Source: Spirochaetaceae bacterium (GTDB lineage: Bacteria > Spirochaetota > Spirochaetia > WTKD01). From it: a stretch of 64,000 bases of DNA. Where the stretch lies: NCBI GenBank assembly GCA_011524535.1, contig WTKD01000014.1:28519-92518 (forward strand). The letters are read 5' to 3'. The notes below the pieces were generated by a model. It searched no databases and was not told the DNA's origin. It saw only the letters and a program-made list of their open reading frames with translations. Made by a program: the position numbers and the translations under genes. Shown one piece after another: positions 40,129 to 49,843 of the stretch; position 1 is the first letter of the stretch; each line of letters starts with the position of its first letter.

Positions 40129-41118
40129 ATGAAAAAATTGAGATGGGGTGTTCTTGGAGTCTCAAAGCATTTTTTTATGCGTATGAGTATCCCTTGGAAT
40201 AATAGCGATTATGCAACTCTTCAGGCAATAGGTTCTCGATCTAAGCAACGTGCACAACAATGTGCTCGACAGTTGAAAATACCAGCATATTACGGGTCAT
40301 ACCAAGAAGTAATCGATGACGAACATGTCGACGCTATCTACATCCCCCTTCCAAATCATTTACACAAAGAATGGATTATAAAATCGGCAAACGCAGGTAA
40401 GCACATACTATGCGAAAAACCTCTCTGTCTTTCTTCCATTGATTGTGAAGAAGTCCGCGATGTCTGTGCAGAAAAGGGCGTACTGCTAATGGAAGCCTTT
40501 ATGTATCGATTCCACCCCCAATGGCAACATTCGAAACAATTGATCAAAACTGGCGAACTCGGAGCTTTGCACACAATCGCTACACATTTTTTCTACAACA
40601 ACCAAGACCCAAGCAATATTCGCAATAATCTTAATATGGGAGGCGGAGGATTATATGACATTGGATGTTATGCTGTGTCTCTTTCTTCTTTCTTATTAAA
40701 TAGACAGCCAGTTAAAGTCTGTTCGCTCATGCAAAGACACACCAAATTTCACGTTGATGTGATGGCTTCAGCATTAATGGATTTTGGAGATGTTCAATCT
40801 TCTTTCACGGTGAGTACCTGCGTCTTTCCTTCTCAAGGAGTCCAGATATTTGGCGAGCAAGGACATATTAGATTATCCCTCCCTTTCAATGCTCCCCCCG
40901 ATGTGCCAATGGAAGTTATAGTAACAACAGAAACCGGAGTGAGAACCGTCTCCTGCGGGCCCTGCGATCAATATCTTGAAGAAATAGACTCTTTTTCAAA
41001 AGCAGCACTGGGATTGGCTCCCATTCCTATACCTATAAAGGACGCCATAGATAACCAAGTTATTGTAGATGCCCTATTCACATCAGAAAAAATAGCTGGT
41101 TGGATATCTTTATCTTAG
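40129..41118 (+). CDS. Gfo/Idh/MocA oxidoreductase
   Basis: RWGVLG, YIPLPNHLH, LCEKP, EAFMYRFHP, GGGLYDIGCY. Confidence 0.92.
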   Translation: MKKLRWGVLGVSKHFFMRMSIPWNNSDYATLQAIGSRSKQRAQQCARQLKIPAYYGSYQEVIDDEHVDAIYIPLPNHLHKEWIIKSANAGKHILCEKPLCLSSIDCEEVRDVCAEKGVLLMEAFMYRFHPQWQHSKQLIKTGELGALHTIATHFFYNNQDPSNIRNNLNMGGGGLYDIGCYAVSLSSFLLNRQPVKVCSLMQRHTKFHVDVMASALMDFGDVQSSFTVSTCVFPSQGVQIFGEQGHIRLSLPFNAPPDVPMEVIVTTETGVRTVSCGPCDQYLEEIDSFSKAALGLAPIPIPIKDAIDNQVIVDALFTSEKIAGWISLS

Positions 41119-41181
41119 ATAAGGATATTTAAACTCTGCAGCAGGTCAGCACAAGTGCATGCCCACTCTTGGTATTACTGT

Positions 41182-42600
41182 TTAAATTTTGTCTATAAGC
41201 ATCGAACAACGCCCCGAAGGGATCGGGAGTGTCTTTTGACGTTCTGATGTTTCGATGGTGAAATAGTAGAGTTTTTTTGAATCGTGAAATATTTCCCATC
41301 CACGCTTTTCTTTTCGAGACAAAATAGTGATTACATTCCTACGCAATTCAAGATTCTCGATACCCATCTCTTCCACCGAAGGCATGGTCCATTTTACACT
41401 TTTTCTTGGCAAACTAATGTCCAGACCTATGATTATTTCTACAAATGTCGTAATTGTGAGCAGTCCAGCATAGTGCACAAAAGATTCCCGGGGGAAATTC
41501 TCGTTTCCATCCCAATTCGCTGGCCTTGATCCAGTAGGAGAGTAAGCCTCCCAAAGATTAAACGTCTTTCTTTCAACATCAGACCAAGATTCCAGGATGT
41601 GGTAGAGACTCCCCATCGCAAATTCCCTAGCCATTTCATACCTTGCGTTATTGTATAGCCCCTTACACACCAAAAAGGTGAAAAATGGGAATACCGATCC
41701 ATTGTAGCCATTTCCGTCGGAGGAAAAAGCAGGAGAATTCATCGGGACACTGGGGAACGGATAACTTGATTTGTAGCGAGCTGGATCCTCTAGATGCTTT
41801 ATAAGTTGAAGGGTCTTTCTTGTGTCGGTAAGAGGAACCAAAAGACTCCAATACCCAGCCAATGAAGAATATTGAGGCAATCGCCGCTTGTTCTTGTCTA
41901 AATCACAATACGTTGCGGTTTCTGTGTCCCACATCATTCGATTTATCTTTGTTTTCAAGGCAAAGAATTTTTGTTTGTAGCGAAAATGCAAGCTTTTCTC
42001 GTTCAGGATACCGGCCAGTGCCGAAATATAATGAGCATTGATTGCTTGTTGGAAGTTAAAATCAACAAAATAATACGCATCGGTTCGGATCATATTCTCC
42101 ATTTTTGTTGCTCCCTGAGGGACAACATACAGACCAGTATCATCCATAAAGGAACGCTCTAGCCATTCATAATAACGTTCAAGTATTGGGAGAATTTCTG
42201 CAACTCGTCGTTTTGTGCCATTTCTATGATATATATTGAATTCGGCCCACGAGAAAAGAGGCGGATTGATACATTCTGGATTATCTGGATCGAGAATAAC
42301 CTTCTCGCCTGTTTCTAAGTCATAGTCGGATCGAATAGCACCATTTTCTTCTTGTTTTTTGTAGAAAAAATCAAGTTGGTTTGTGGTCGGACATGTATTA
42401 TTGCTGTATACCAAGAAAAACGTGGAAAAAATCGACTCGAATTGATTCATATGACCTTGGTTACGAGAAATAAAGAGTTTCAGAGTATCTCCATCGATCG
42501 AAACACGCCGCCACTGTTCTGCAATCAATATCCAGGTCTGCTCGTACATGTCAACGATATCTTTGTCAAAATATGAAACTGTTGGAAAACTAATACTTAT
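41182..42600 (-). CDS. GH63/MGH1-like (trehalase-like) glycoside hydrolase domain protein
   Basis: PPLFSWAE, INRMMWD...YCD, PFPSVP, GSVFP, LWEAYSP. The first ATG is 42549, but coding-like sequence extends to ATA 42600. Confidence 0.7.
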   Translation of the reverse strand: MSISFPTVSYFDKDIVDMYEQTWILIAEQWRRVSIDGDTLKLFISRNQGHMNQFESIFSTFFLVYSNNTCPTTNQLDFFYKKQEENGAIRSDYDLETGEKVILDPDNPECINPPLFSWAEFNIYHRNGTKRRVAEILPILERYYEWLERSFMDDTGLYVVPQGATKMENMIRTDAYYFVDFNFQQAINAHYISALAGILNEKSLHFRYKQKFFALKTKINRMMWDTETATYCDLDKNKRRLPQYSSLAGYWSLLVPLTDTRKTLQLIKHLEDPARYKSSYPFPSVPMNSPAFSSDGNGYNGSVFPFFTFLVCKGLYNNARYEMAREFAMGSLYHILESWSDVERKTFNLWEAYSPTGSRPANWDGNENFPRESFVHYAGLLTITTFVEIIIGLDISLPRKSVKWTMPSVEEMGIENLELRRNVITILSRKEKRGWEIFHDSKKLYYFTIETSERQKTLPIPSGRCSMLIDKI

Positions 42601-42670
42601 GGCGGGTCCTCAACACTACGGTCTATGTATTACTACTTGATTCTACTGATTTTATAACGTAGTCTAAAAT

Positions 42671-43573
42671 ATGTCAATCAATTACCCTCAACTTATTTTA
42701 ATGGGAGCCGGAATGAGTAGGAGGTTTGGTGTATTAAAGCAACTCGATGTACTCGAAGCTTGTGGAAACAGCTTACCGGAATTCATAATCGATGATGCCA
42801 TTTCAGCAGGATTTGAACGAATTTGCATTGTCGTCCGAAAGGAAATCCTCCAAGCAATGGAATCTTTTTATGCTCCCCGTTTTGGACACCGTGTTGACCT
42901 TCGCTTTGTGTGTCAAACATTGGATGACCTTGTCGATACTTCGATTCTTCATACAAGAACAAAGCCTTGGGGGACCGCTCACGCTGTATTGGCTGCCCGA
43001 AAATATATAGATGCTCCTTTTGCAACCGCAAACAGCGACGATTATTATGGTCCAGCTGCTTTCAAAACCCTCTATACCTCTCTTGCTTCCAACCACGATA
43101 AGGATAAGTTTTTTCTTATGGGTTATAAATTGATGAATACCTTGTCGCCATTTGGTCCTGTCTCACGTGCCCTATGCACACACAATGGTTCCCAATTGGA
43201 TACCCTCGTAGAACATACCCGTCTACAACAAGAACACTCGGAAGTCATCAGCCTCGATGAACAGAACAAAAAAATAGCCTCATTTACAGGCGATGAATTG
43301 GTTTCTATGAACTTGTATGGCCTTAGCCCGCAATTTTTAGACTATGCAGAAACATTATTCTCCGAATTTCTGAACGATGCACGAGGAAATCTTGAAGAGA
43401 AAGAATTTCTCCTGCCTGGCGTCATTCAACAAATGATTACAGAAAATCGAGCAACGGTTGATCTATTGTCCTGTGAAGAACAATGGTTCGGAATGACCTA
43501 TCCACAAGATCGTCCCTATGTTGAAAAGAACCTATTGGCACTCAAGAAACAAGGCATGTACGCAGATATTTAG
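42671..43573 (+). CDS. Sugar-phosphate nucleotidyltransferase family protein
   Basis: GAGMSRRFG.LKQ, RTKPWGTAHAVL, NSDDYYG, VSMN, WFGMTYPQD. Confidence 0.88.
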   Translation: MSINYPQLILMGAGMSRRFGVLKQLDVLEACGNSLPEFIIDDAISAGFERICIVVRKEILQAMESFYAPRFGHRVDLRFVCQTLDDLVDTSILHTRTKPWGTAHAVLAARKYIDAPFATANSDDYYGPAAFKTLYTSLASNHDKDKFFLMGYKLMNTLSPFGPVSRALCTHNGSQLDTLVEHTRLQQEHSEVISLDEQNKKIASFTGDELVSMNLYGLSPQFLDYAETLFSEFLNDARGNLEEKEFLLPGVIQQMITENRATVDLLSCEEQWFGMTYPQDRPYVEKNLLALKKQGMYADI

Positions 43574-43643
43574 ATGATAAGGGTATATTCTTACAAAAAA
43601 TAGTACACTTTCTTGGTACACAAAAAACAAGGTAAGGTAGTGT

Positions 43644-44366
43644 ATGAAAAAAAAGATTCGAAAAAGAATAGTTCTCTTCTTGCTCCTTCTGGCGATATTC
43701 ATTACGGCTTCTATTGTATTTGATCTATCCAGCGTCTTAGTGAACCTTATTGCGAGAGTTCAAGGAGCAGGAATTATTGCATACATAGTATTTTTCCTGC
43801 TTTACGTATTGTCTACCGTATTCTTGATTCCAGGCTCATTATTGACATTGGCCTCGGGGTTTTTCTTTGGATTTGGACTAGGGTCTTTTCTTACGGTCAT
43901 CAGTGCAACCTTCGGCTTGGCTGTCGCTTTCATGGTTTCTCGGTATGCTATGCACGATTGGGCAACCAAGCAATTTGCAAAACGCCAATATACACAAGCG
44001 ATCAACACAGCAATAAAAAAGCGAGGATCGATCATTGTCTTGCTTTTGCGTCTATGTCCCCTGGTTCCTTTTAACGCCCTAAATTATGTGCTTGGCCTAA
44101 CCTCCATACGATATATTCCCTATGTTCTCATAAGCTTTGTAGGTATAATTCCAGGTTCTATCTTATTTACATATTTTGGATCCGTGGCGAATACGATTAC
44201 TTCCCTAACAGAAAAAGCTGGGCCTCCTGACACCCTACGATGGATCATGTTGGGATGGGGAGTGGTCTCGGCAAGCATTGCCGCCGGTATCATTTCTAGA
44301 GTAGCAAAAAAACACATCGCCGAAGACATGCCTCAAAACTCTGAAGAACAACAAGATGCTGAATAA
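43644..44366 (+). CDS. TVP38/TMEM64 (DedA/VTT) membrane protein
   Basis: PGSLLTLASGFFFG, LLRLCPLVPFNALNY, GIIPG. Confidence 0.9.
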   Translation: MKKKIRKRIVLFLLLLAIFITASIVFDLSSVLVNLIARVQGAGIIAYIVFFLLYVLSTVFLIPGSLLTLASGFFFGFGLGSFLTVISATFGLAVAFMVSRYAMHDWATKQFAKRQYTQAINTAIKKRGSIIVLLLRLCPLVPFNALNYVLGLTSIRYIPYVLISFVGIIPGSILFTYFGSVANTITSLTEKAGPPDTLRWIMLGWGVVSASIAAGIISRVAKKHIAEDMPQNSEEQQDAE

Positions 44367-44554
44367 TCACCCTTATATCGGGGTACTTAGTTCTGTTATT
44401 ATAATTACCAGTTCGATTTCTTTATAGAAAATCTAATTTTGACGCTATAAATCAATTGATTTCGTAAAATATGTGTATATCGATTTATAAATCCACTTAA
44501 AAATTGATTTATTCGAAGGTTAGTAGTCCAGAAAAGTGCATTACACAGAACCTT

Positions 44555-44584
44555 TTGACAAAATAGTCTCATTCATGGTATAAT
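44555..44584 (+). promoter_or_regulatory. sigma70 promoter of the xyl operon
   Basis: TTGACA-18 nt-TATAAT with extended TGn. RBS AAGGAGG at 44612-44618. Confidence 0.75.
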
Positions 44585-44623
44585 AAATTTCATAATAAAT
44601 ACATTCACCCTAAGGAGGAATTT

Positions 44624-45691
44624 ATGGTGAAAAAAATTTCTATGCTGCTATTAGTAGCTCTATTGGCTCTGCCTTTGTTTGCAAGTGGAGATGCAGAGAA
44701 TGATGGAAGAACCGTCGTTGGTCTTTCATTTTCTGACTTTGCCACCGAAAGATGGCCAAGAGAACAAGCACTTCTTACTCAATTGGGACAAGAAAGTGGT
44801 GCTCAAGTAATTTCGCAAGTTGCAAACCAGGATGCAAAATTGCAGAACGACCAGATAGAAAATTTGATCGTTCAGGGAGCTGATGTTATTGTCGTTATCG
44901 CACAGGATGGTGGTACTGCCGCAACTGCTGTTGATATCGCTGCTTCAGAAGGTATTCCTGTTATTGCGTACGACCGATTGATTAAAACATCAAATCTAGC
45001 GCTCTACATATCATTTAACAATGTCGCGGTTGGTCGTGCACAAGCAGAAGGAATTTTAAAAGTCCAAGATAGCGGTAATTTCGTACTTCTTGGAGGAAGC
45101 CCAACAGATAACAATGCGTATCTCTTCCGTCAGGGACAAATGGAAGTTTTGAATCCTCTCATCGATAGCGGTCAAATAACTATCGTTGCGGATCAATGGG
45201 TTGAAAACTGGGATGCAGCAAACGCTGTTACCCTTATGGAGAACATACTTACTGCCACAAACAACAACGTTGATGCAGTTGTAGCTTCCAATGATGGAAC
45301 CGCACTTGGTGCATTGCAGGCATTGCGAGCACAAGGATTAGCCGGCAACGTTCCTATTTCAGGACAGGATGCAACAGTTGCTGGTGCGCAATCGATTGTT
45401 GATGGAGAATTGACCTTGTCTGTCTACAAAGACATTAGATTGCTCGCTCCAAAAACCATGGAATTTGCTATTCAACTAGCTAATGGTGATGAAATATCAG
45501 ACACTGTAGATTATACATTGGCAGAACTTACCCTTGATGAAAACGCTTCAGGTTCTATCGCCAGTTTCTTTTTCCCCGTTGTACAAGTTACCGAAGACAA
45601 CCTATACGATGTTGTTGTCGCATCGGGTTTTCAACCATACGACGATGTATACAGGAACGTTCCAGAGAGTCAAAGACCTCCTCGTCCATAA
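44624..45691 (+). CDS. xylF: D-xylose ABC transporter substrate-binding protein
   Basis: Signal peptide LFASG, ERW, IAYDRLI, GGSPTDNNA, ASNDGTA, SGQDA; lies upstream of xylA and xylB. Confidence 0.88.
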   Translation: MVKKISMLLLVALLALPLFASGDAENDGRTVVGLSFSDFATERWPREQALLTQLGQESGAQVISQVANQDAKLQNDQIENLIVQGADVIVVIAQDGGTAATAVDIAASEGIPVIAYDRLIKTSNLALYISFNNVAVGRAQAEGILKVQDSGNFVLLGGSPTDNNAYLFRQGQMEVLNPLIDSGQITIVADQWVENWDAANAVTLMENILTATNNNVDAVVASNDGTALGALQALRAQGLAGNVPISGQDATVAGAQSIVDGELTLSVYKDIRLLAPKTMEFAIQLANGDEISDTVDYTLAELTLDENASGSIASFFFPVVQVTEDNLYDVVVASGFQPYDDVYRNVPESQRPPRP

Positions 45692-45704
45692 ACAAAGCTA
45701 TTTT

Positions 45705-45746
45705 AAAAGGAGCCATATTCATTTATGTAGAGGCTCCTTTTCTTTT
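45705..45746 (+). terminator. Intercistronic stem-loop or partial terminator after xylF
   Basis: AAAAGGAGCC...GGCTCCTTTT inverted repeat followed by CTTTT. Confidence 0.6.
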
Positions 45747-45770
45747 CTACACAAAGAATAGGGGGGTCCT

Positions 45771-47297
45771 ATGCAAGAAAATCTTATTCTTGACATTCAA
45801 AAAATAAATAAATCATTTCCTGGTGTACGAGCATTAAAAGATGCAACTTTTAGCGTTCAACGAGGAAGCGTACACGGAATCTGCGGGGAAAATGGGGCTG
45901 GAAAATCTACTCTGATGAAAATTCTCTCTGGTGTATATCTAAAAGATGAGTACACCGGTGTTATACAATTTGATGGTAAAGAACTACGCCTCAAAGAAAA
46001 TGCGATACACGAAGCGAAAGAACTTGGCATCGATATCGTATACCAAGAACTTGCTCTCGTTCCAAAAATGACGGTTGGTGAAAATATTTTTCTCGGAAAA
46101 GAACCAACTCATGCCGGTAGAATAGACTGGAGTTCTTTGTATTCAAGAACTCAAGAGATATTACAAAGATACTCTCTCGATATCAATCCACAAGCGGTGA
46201 TAGAAACATTGAGTGTTGGAAAACAACAACTGGTAGAAATAGCCAAGGCTTGTGCAGGCAAAACAAAACTATTGATTCTTGATGAACCAACCTCAGCTCT
46301 CTCTGAAAAAGAAATAAAAATTTTAATGAATACCGTCAAAACACTAAAATCAAATGGTATAACCTGCATCTACATAACCCATAAACTCGAAGAAGTATTC
46401 GAAATCACGGACACAGTTACGATACTGCGAGATGGCGCTGTTGTGACAACAAAACCGACATCTGAATATACCAACGAAACACTCATTTCCTACATGGTCG
46501 GACGAGAAATGACCGAACGTTTCCCAAAACGAGACCCGAAGCTTGGGGATGTCGTATTAAGAGTTGAAAAATTCACGGTGCAAGATCCTCACAATCCAAA
46601 AAAGCATTCGAGCCACGATGCAACATTTGATGTCCGAAAAGGTGAAATATTCGGCATTGCAGGCTTAATGGGCTCGGGACGTACCGAACTCATTCGCGCT
46701 TTGTATGGAGAATACGGAACAAAGTTGAGCGGTAATGTTTTCATCAATGGAAAAATTAAACCCATTAAATCTGCACAAGATGCGATGAAAAGTGGTATGT
46801 TTCTTGTTCCAGAAGACAGAAAAACAGAGGGATTGATACTCCAACAAAGTATTTTAAAGAACATCACTATCCCTAGCCTTGATATTTTTTCCTCATTTTT
46901 TCGAATAGATAAATATAAAGAACTAAAAACAGCACAGACATATGCAAAAAAAATGGCGGTAAAGGCGCCAAGCTTGTATGTAAAAGCATCCACCCTCAGC
47001 GGAGGAAATCAACAAAAAGTCGTGCTGGCAAAAGCCTTACTTTCGGATCCTCAAGTGCTTATTCTCGATGATCCAACACGGGGAATCGATGTAGGAGCCA
47101 AGTATGAAATATACAAACAAATGGTCGAGCTAACAAACGAAGGCATGTCTATCATCATGATTTCTTCTTCTCTAGAAGAAATCCTCGGTATGTCAGACAG
47201 AATCATGGTAATCAGTGAAGGAAAAGTAATTACTGTACTTGATAGCGGTGAAGCAAACCAAGAAATAATCATGCACCATGCCGTTGGTGCTTCATAA
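45771..47297 (+). CDS. xylG: Xylose ABC transporter ATP-binding protein
   Basis: Tandem ABC domains: GENGAGKST, LDEPT, VPEDRK, LSGGNQQK. Confidence 0.92.
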   Translation: MQENLILDIQKINKSFPGVRALKDATFSVQRGSVHGICGENGAGKSTLMKILSGVYLKDEYTGVIQFDGKELRLKENAIHEAKELGIDIVYQELALVPKMTVGENIFLGKEPTHAGRIDWSSLYSRTQEILQRYSLDINPQAVIETLSVGKQQLVEIAKACAGKTKLLILDEPTSALSEKEIKILMNTVKTLKSNGITCIYITHKLEEVFEITDTVTILRDGAVVTTKPTSEYTNETLISYMVGREMTERFPKRDPKLGDVVLRVEKFTVQDPHNPKKHSSHDATFDVRKGEIFGIAGLMGSGRTELIRALYGEYGTKLSGNVFINGKIKPIKSAQDAMKSGMFLVPEDRKTEGLILQQSILKNITIPSLDIFSSFFRIDKYKELKTAQTYAKKMAVKAPSLYVKASTLSGGNQQKVVLAKALLSDPQVLILDDPTRGIDVGAKYEIYKQMVELTNEGMSIIMISSSLEEILGMSDRIMVISEGKVITVLDSGEANQEIIMHHAVGAS

Positions 47298-47309
47298 AAC
47301 GAGGTATAT

Positions 47310-48527
47310 ATGAACTCTGATACAAATAAAATATCCGTGCCCTCTTTTTCCCAGATACGGGCTCGATTAAAAAACTACACAATGATTTTCGCTCTATTAT
47401 TGATTTGGATTGTGTTTGGATTTCTCAATCAAAACTTTTTTAGTGCTCGTAATCTTTCGAACCTATTTCGACAAATGAGTATTATTGGATTCTTAGCGAT
47501 AGGGATGGTTCCTATTATCGTTACAGGGAATATTGATCTTTCTGTTGGGTCCGTCACGGGCTTTGTTAGTGCTCTGGCCGCATATTTCCAGGTATATGTA
47601 TTTGCGGATATGTTTCCAGCCCTACTCCCAGGAGCCTCCCCTGCTACTATCCTTCTATTTTCAGCACTCAGTACCATCATTTTGTCGCTACTGGTCGGCT
47701 ATCTCATAGGATGCCTGCATGGGTATATTGTGGCCTATCTCGGGATACCCGCATTCATAGTCACATTAGCTGGTATGATTGTATTCCGTGGTGGAGTACT
47801 TGGTGTTACCGGTGGAGAGAATGTCGGTCCTGTTAATGATGCCTTTAAATTCGTTGCACAAGGGTATATACCCATTCCAATAGGATATATTCTTGCGATC
47901 ATTGCGGTTGCCCTGATTGTGTACCAACAAATCAGGCGGCAAATGAATAGACAACGCTTTGGTCTTGAAAGAGATAGTATCCAACGAATATTGTTTGTTT
48001 CGCTTGGAAGTAGCCTTTTGATACTCCTCTATACGTGGACTATGAGTCAATATCGCGGTATTCAGAACCCAGTGCTCATATTATTTATTGTTGCCACGCT
48101 CATGACATATGTTTCCAACAACACCCGTTTGGGACGCTATTCCTACGCCATTGGAGGAAACCGGGAGGCAGCTCAGCTTTCAGGAATCAACACCAAAAAG
48201 ACCATTTTCTATATCTTTTCGCTTATGGGGCTCATGTCAGGAATAGCCGGAGTAATACTAGCCGGTTATGTGGGCTCAGCAACACCGCTGGCCGGAAATC
48301 AATACGAGCTCGATACCATCGCTGCTTGTGTTCTTGGAGGAACCAGTCTTATGGGAGGAGAAGGAACTATTCTTGGAACTCTTGTAGGAGCCCTCATCAC
48401 TGCGAGTCTTATCAATGGAATGAGCTTGATGAATTTAGATATATTCTGGCAGTATATGGCCAAAGGTATTGTGCTAGTTGTGGCAGTATACATCGATGTT
48501 TTGTCTAAGCGCGGAGCAAAATCATGA
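47310..48527 (+). CDS. xylH: Xylose ABC transporter permease
   Basis: IDLSVGS, PAFIVTL, AIGGNREAAQLSGI, ELDTIAACVLGGTSL. Confidence 0.92.
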   Translation: MNSDTNKISVPSFSQIRARLKNYTMIFALLLIWIVFGFLNQNFFSARNLSNLFRQMSIIGFLAIGMVPIIVTGNIDLSVGSVTGFVSALAAYFQVYVFADMFPALLPGASPATILLFSALSTIILSLLVGYLIGCLHGYIVAYLGIPAFIVTLAGMIVFRGGVLGVTGGENVGPVNDAFKFVAQGYIPIPIGYILAIIAVALIVYQQIRRQMNRQRFGLERDSIQRILFVSLGSSLLILLYTWTMSQYRGIQNPVLILFIVATLMTYVSNNTRLGRYSYAIGGNREAAQLSGINTKKTIFYIFSLMGLMSGIAGVILAGYVGSATPLAGNQYELDTIAACVLGGTSLMGGEGTILGTLVGALITASLINGMSLMNLDIFWQYMAKGIVLVVAVYIDVLSKRGAKS

Positions 48528-49843
48528 AGGAATTATTCCCCGATATTCCTCATATTACATTTGAAGGACAAAAAACCGATAATCCTCTGGCATTTAGATA
48601 TTACGATGCCAAAAAAAAGATCGATGGCACATCGATATCCGATATCATGCGATTTTCGATGGCCTATTGGCATAGCCTTTGTGCACTGGGAACAGATCCT
48701 TTTGGAGGTCCAACCATGGAACGCCCATGGAACACCCTCGATCCCATCGCTGCCGCTGAGATGCGTGTCTCTGCTATATTCGAATTGACCGAGAAACTTG
48801 GAATACCGTTTTTTTGTTTCCACGATCGTGACCTGGCCCCCGAGCAAGAAAGTATTGCAAAAACAAACGCTCTTCTTGATAAAATTGTTGCTCGTATCAA
48901 AGAACGCATGGAAAGTTCACCCGTTCGAGTACTCTGGGGCACCGCTAACCTTTTCACACATCCACGATATATGAATGGAGCTGCCAGTTCTCCAAGCTTA
49001 CGCACATTCGCACACGCCGCCGCCCAGGTAAAAAAAGCTCTAGAAGTTACAAAAGAGCTCAGCGGGCAAAATTACGTGTTCTGGGGCGGTCGTGAAGGAT
49101 ATGAAACTCTGCTAAACACTGATATGAAGCGCGAAAGGGAACAATTAGCCTCTTTTTTTCATATGGCGGTCGCATATGCACAAGAAATTGGATTCACCGG
49201 ACAGTTATTGATTGAACCGAAACCAAAGGAGCCCACAAAACATCAATATGATTTCGATGTTGCTTCTGTTATTGGGTTCCTCGAACAATACGGTCTTACT
49301 CCTTTCTTTAAGATAAACATCGAAACAAACCATGCAACCCTGGCTGGACATACGATGCATCATGAGGTTGCCCTTGCACGTAGCAATGGGGTACTCGGAA
49401 ATATAGATGCAAACAGCGGAGATACTCTGCTCGGTTGGGATACCGACCAATTCCCCGTTTCTACAAAAGATTGTGCATTGGTTATGTACGAAGTCTTACA
49501 AAATGGAGGCTTGCAGAAGGGAGGATTAAATTTCGATGCAAAAGTGCGACGGGCTTCCTGGCGTCCCGTAGACCTAATCTACGCGCATGTCGCAGGAATC
49601 GATACGTACACCCATGGAATGCTTATAGCCAAAAAATTACTCAAAGAGCAAACGCTTAAGAAGCATATCACAAAACGTTATGCGGAATTTGATACATCAC
49701 TTGGCAAAAAAGTACTAGAGCGCACTACCACCCTCAAGGAATTGGAAACATTTGCCATAGAAAATCCAATCCATCGCCCTGAATCCGGAGCTCAGGAAAT
49801 GTTGGAACTGTTGCTCGAACGCGCTATCCATAGTCCCGTATAA
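48524..49843 (+). CDS. xylA: Xylose isomerase (class II)
   Basis: AYWH, CFHDRD, FWGGREG, IEPKPKEPTKHQYD, ETNHA, GWDTD, GLNFDAK. Confidence 0.97.
   Translation: MKELFPDIPHITFEGQKTDNPLAFRYYDAKKKIDGTSISDIMRFSMAYWHSLCALGTDPFGGPTMERPWNTLDPIAAAEMRVSAIFELTEKLGIPFFCFHDRDLAPEQESIAKTNALLDKIVARIKERMESSPVRVLWGTANLFTHPRYMNGAASSPSLRTFAHAAAQVKKALEVTKELSGQNYVFWGGREGYETLLNTDMKREREQLASFFHMAVAYAQEIGFTGQLLIEPKPKEPTKHQYDFDVASVIGFLEQYGLTPFFKINIETNHATLAGHTMHHEVALARSNGVLGNIDANSGDTLLGWDTDQFPVSTKDCALVMYEVLQNGGLQKGGLNFDAKVRRASWRPVDLIYAHVAGIDTYTHGMLIAKKLLKEQTLKKHITKRYAEFDTSLGKKVLERTTTLKELETFAIENPIHRPESGAQEMLELLLERAIHSPV

Noticed and set aside
40129..41118. Gfo/Idh/MocA gene as xylose dehydrogenase of an oxidative xylose pathway
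   Set aside because: Substrate cannot be inferred from motifs, there is no lactonase or dehydratase nearby, and the isomerase route is complete.
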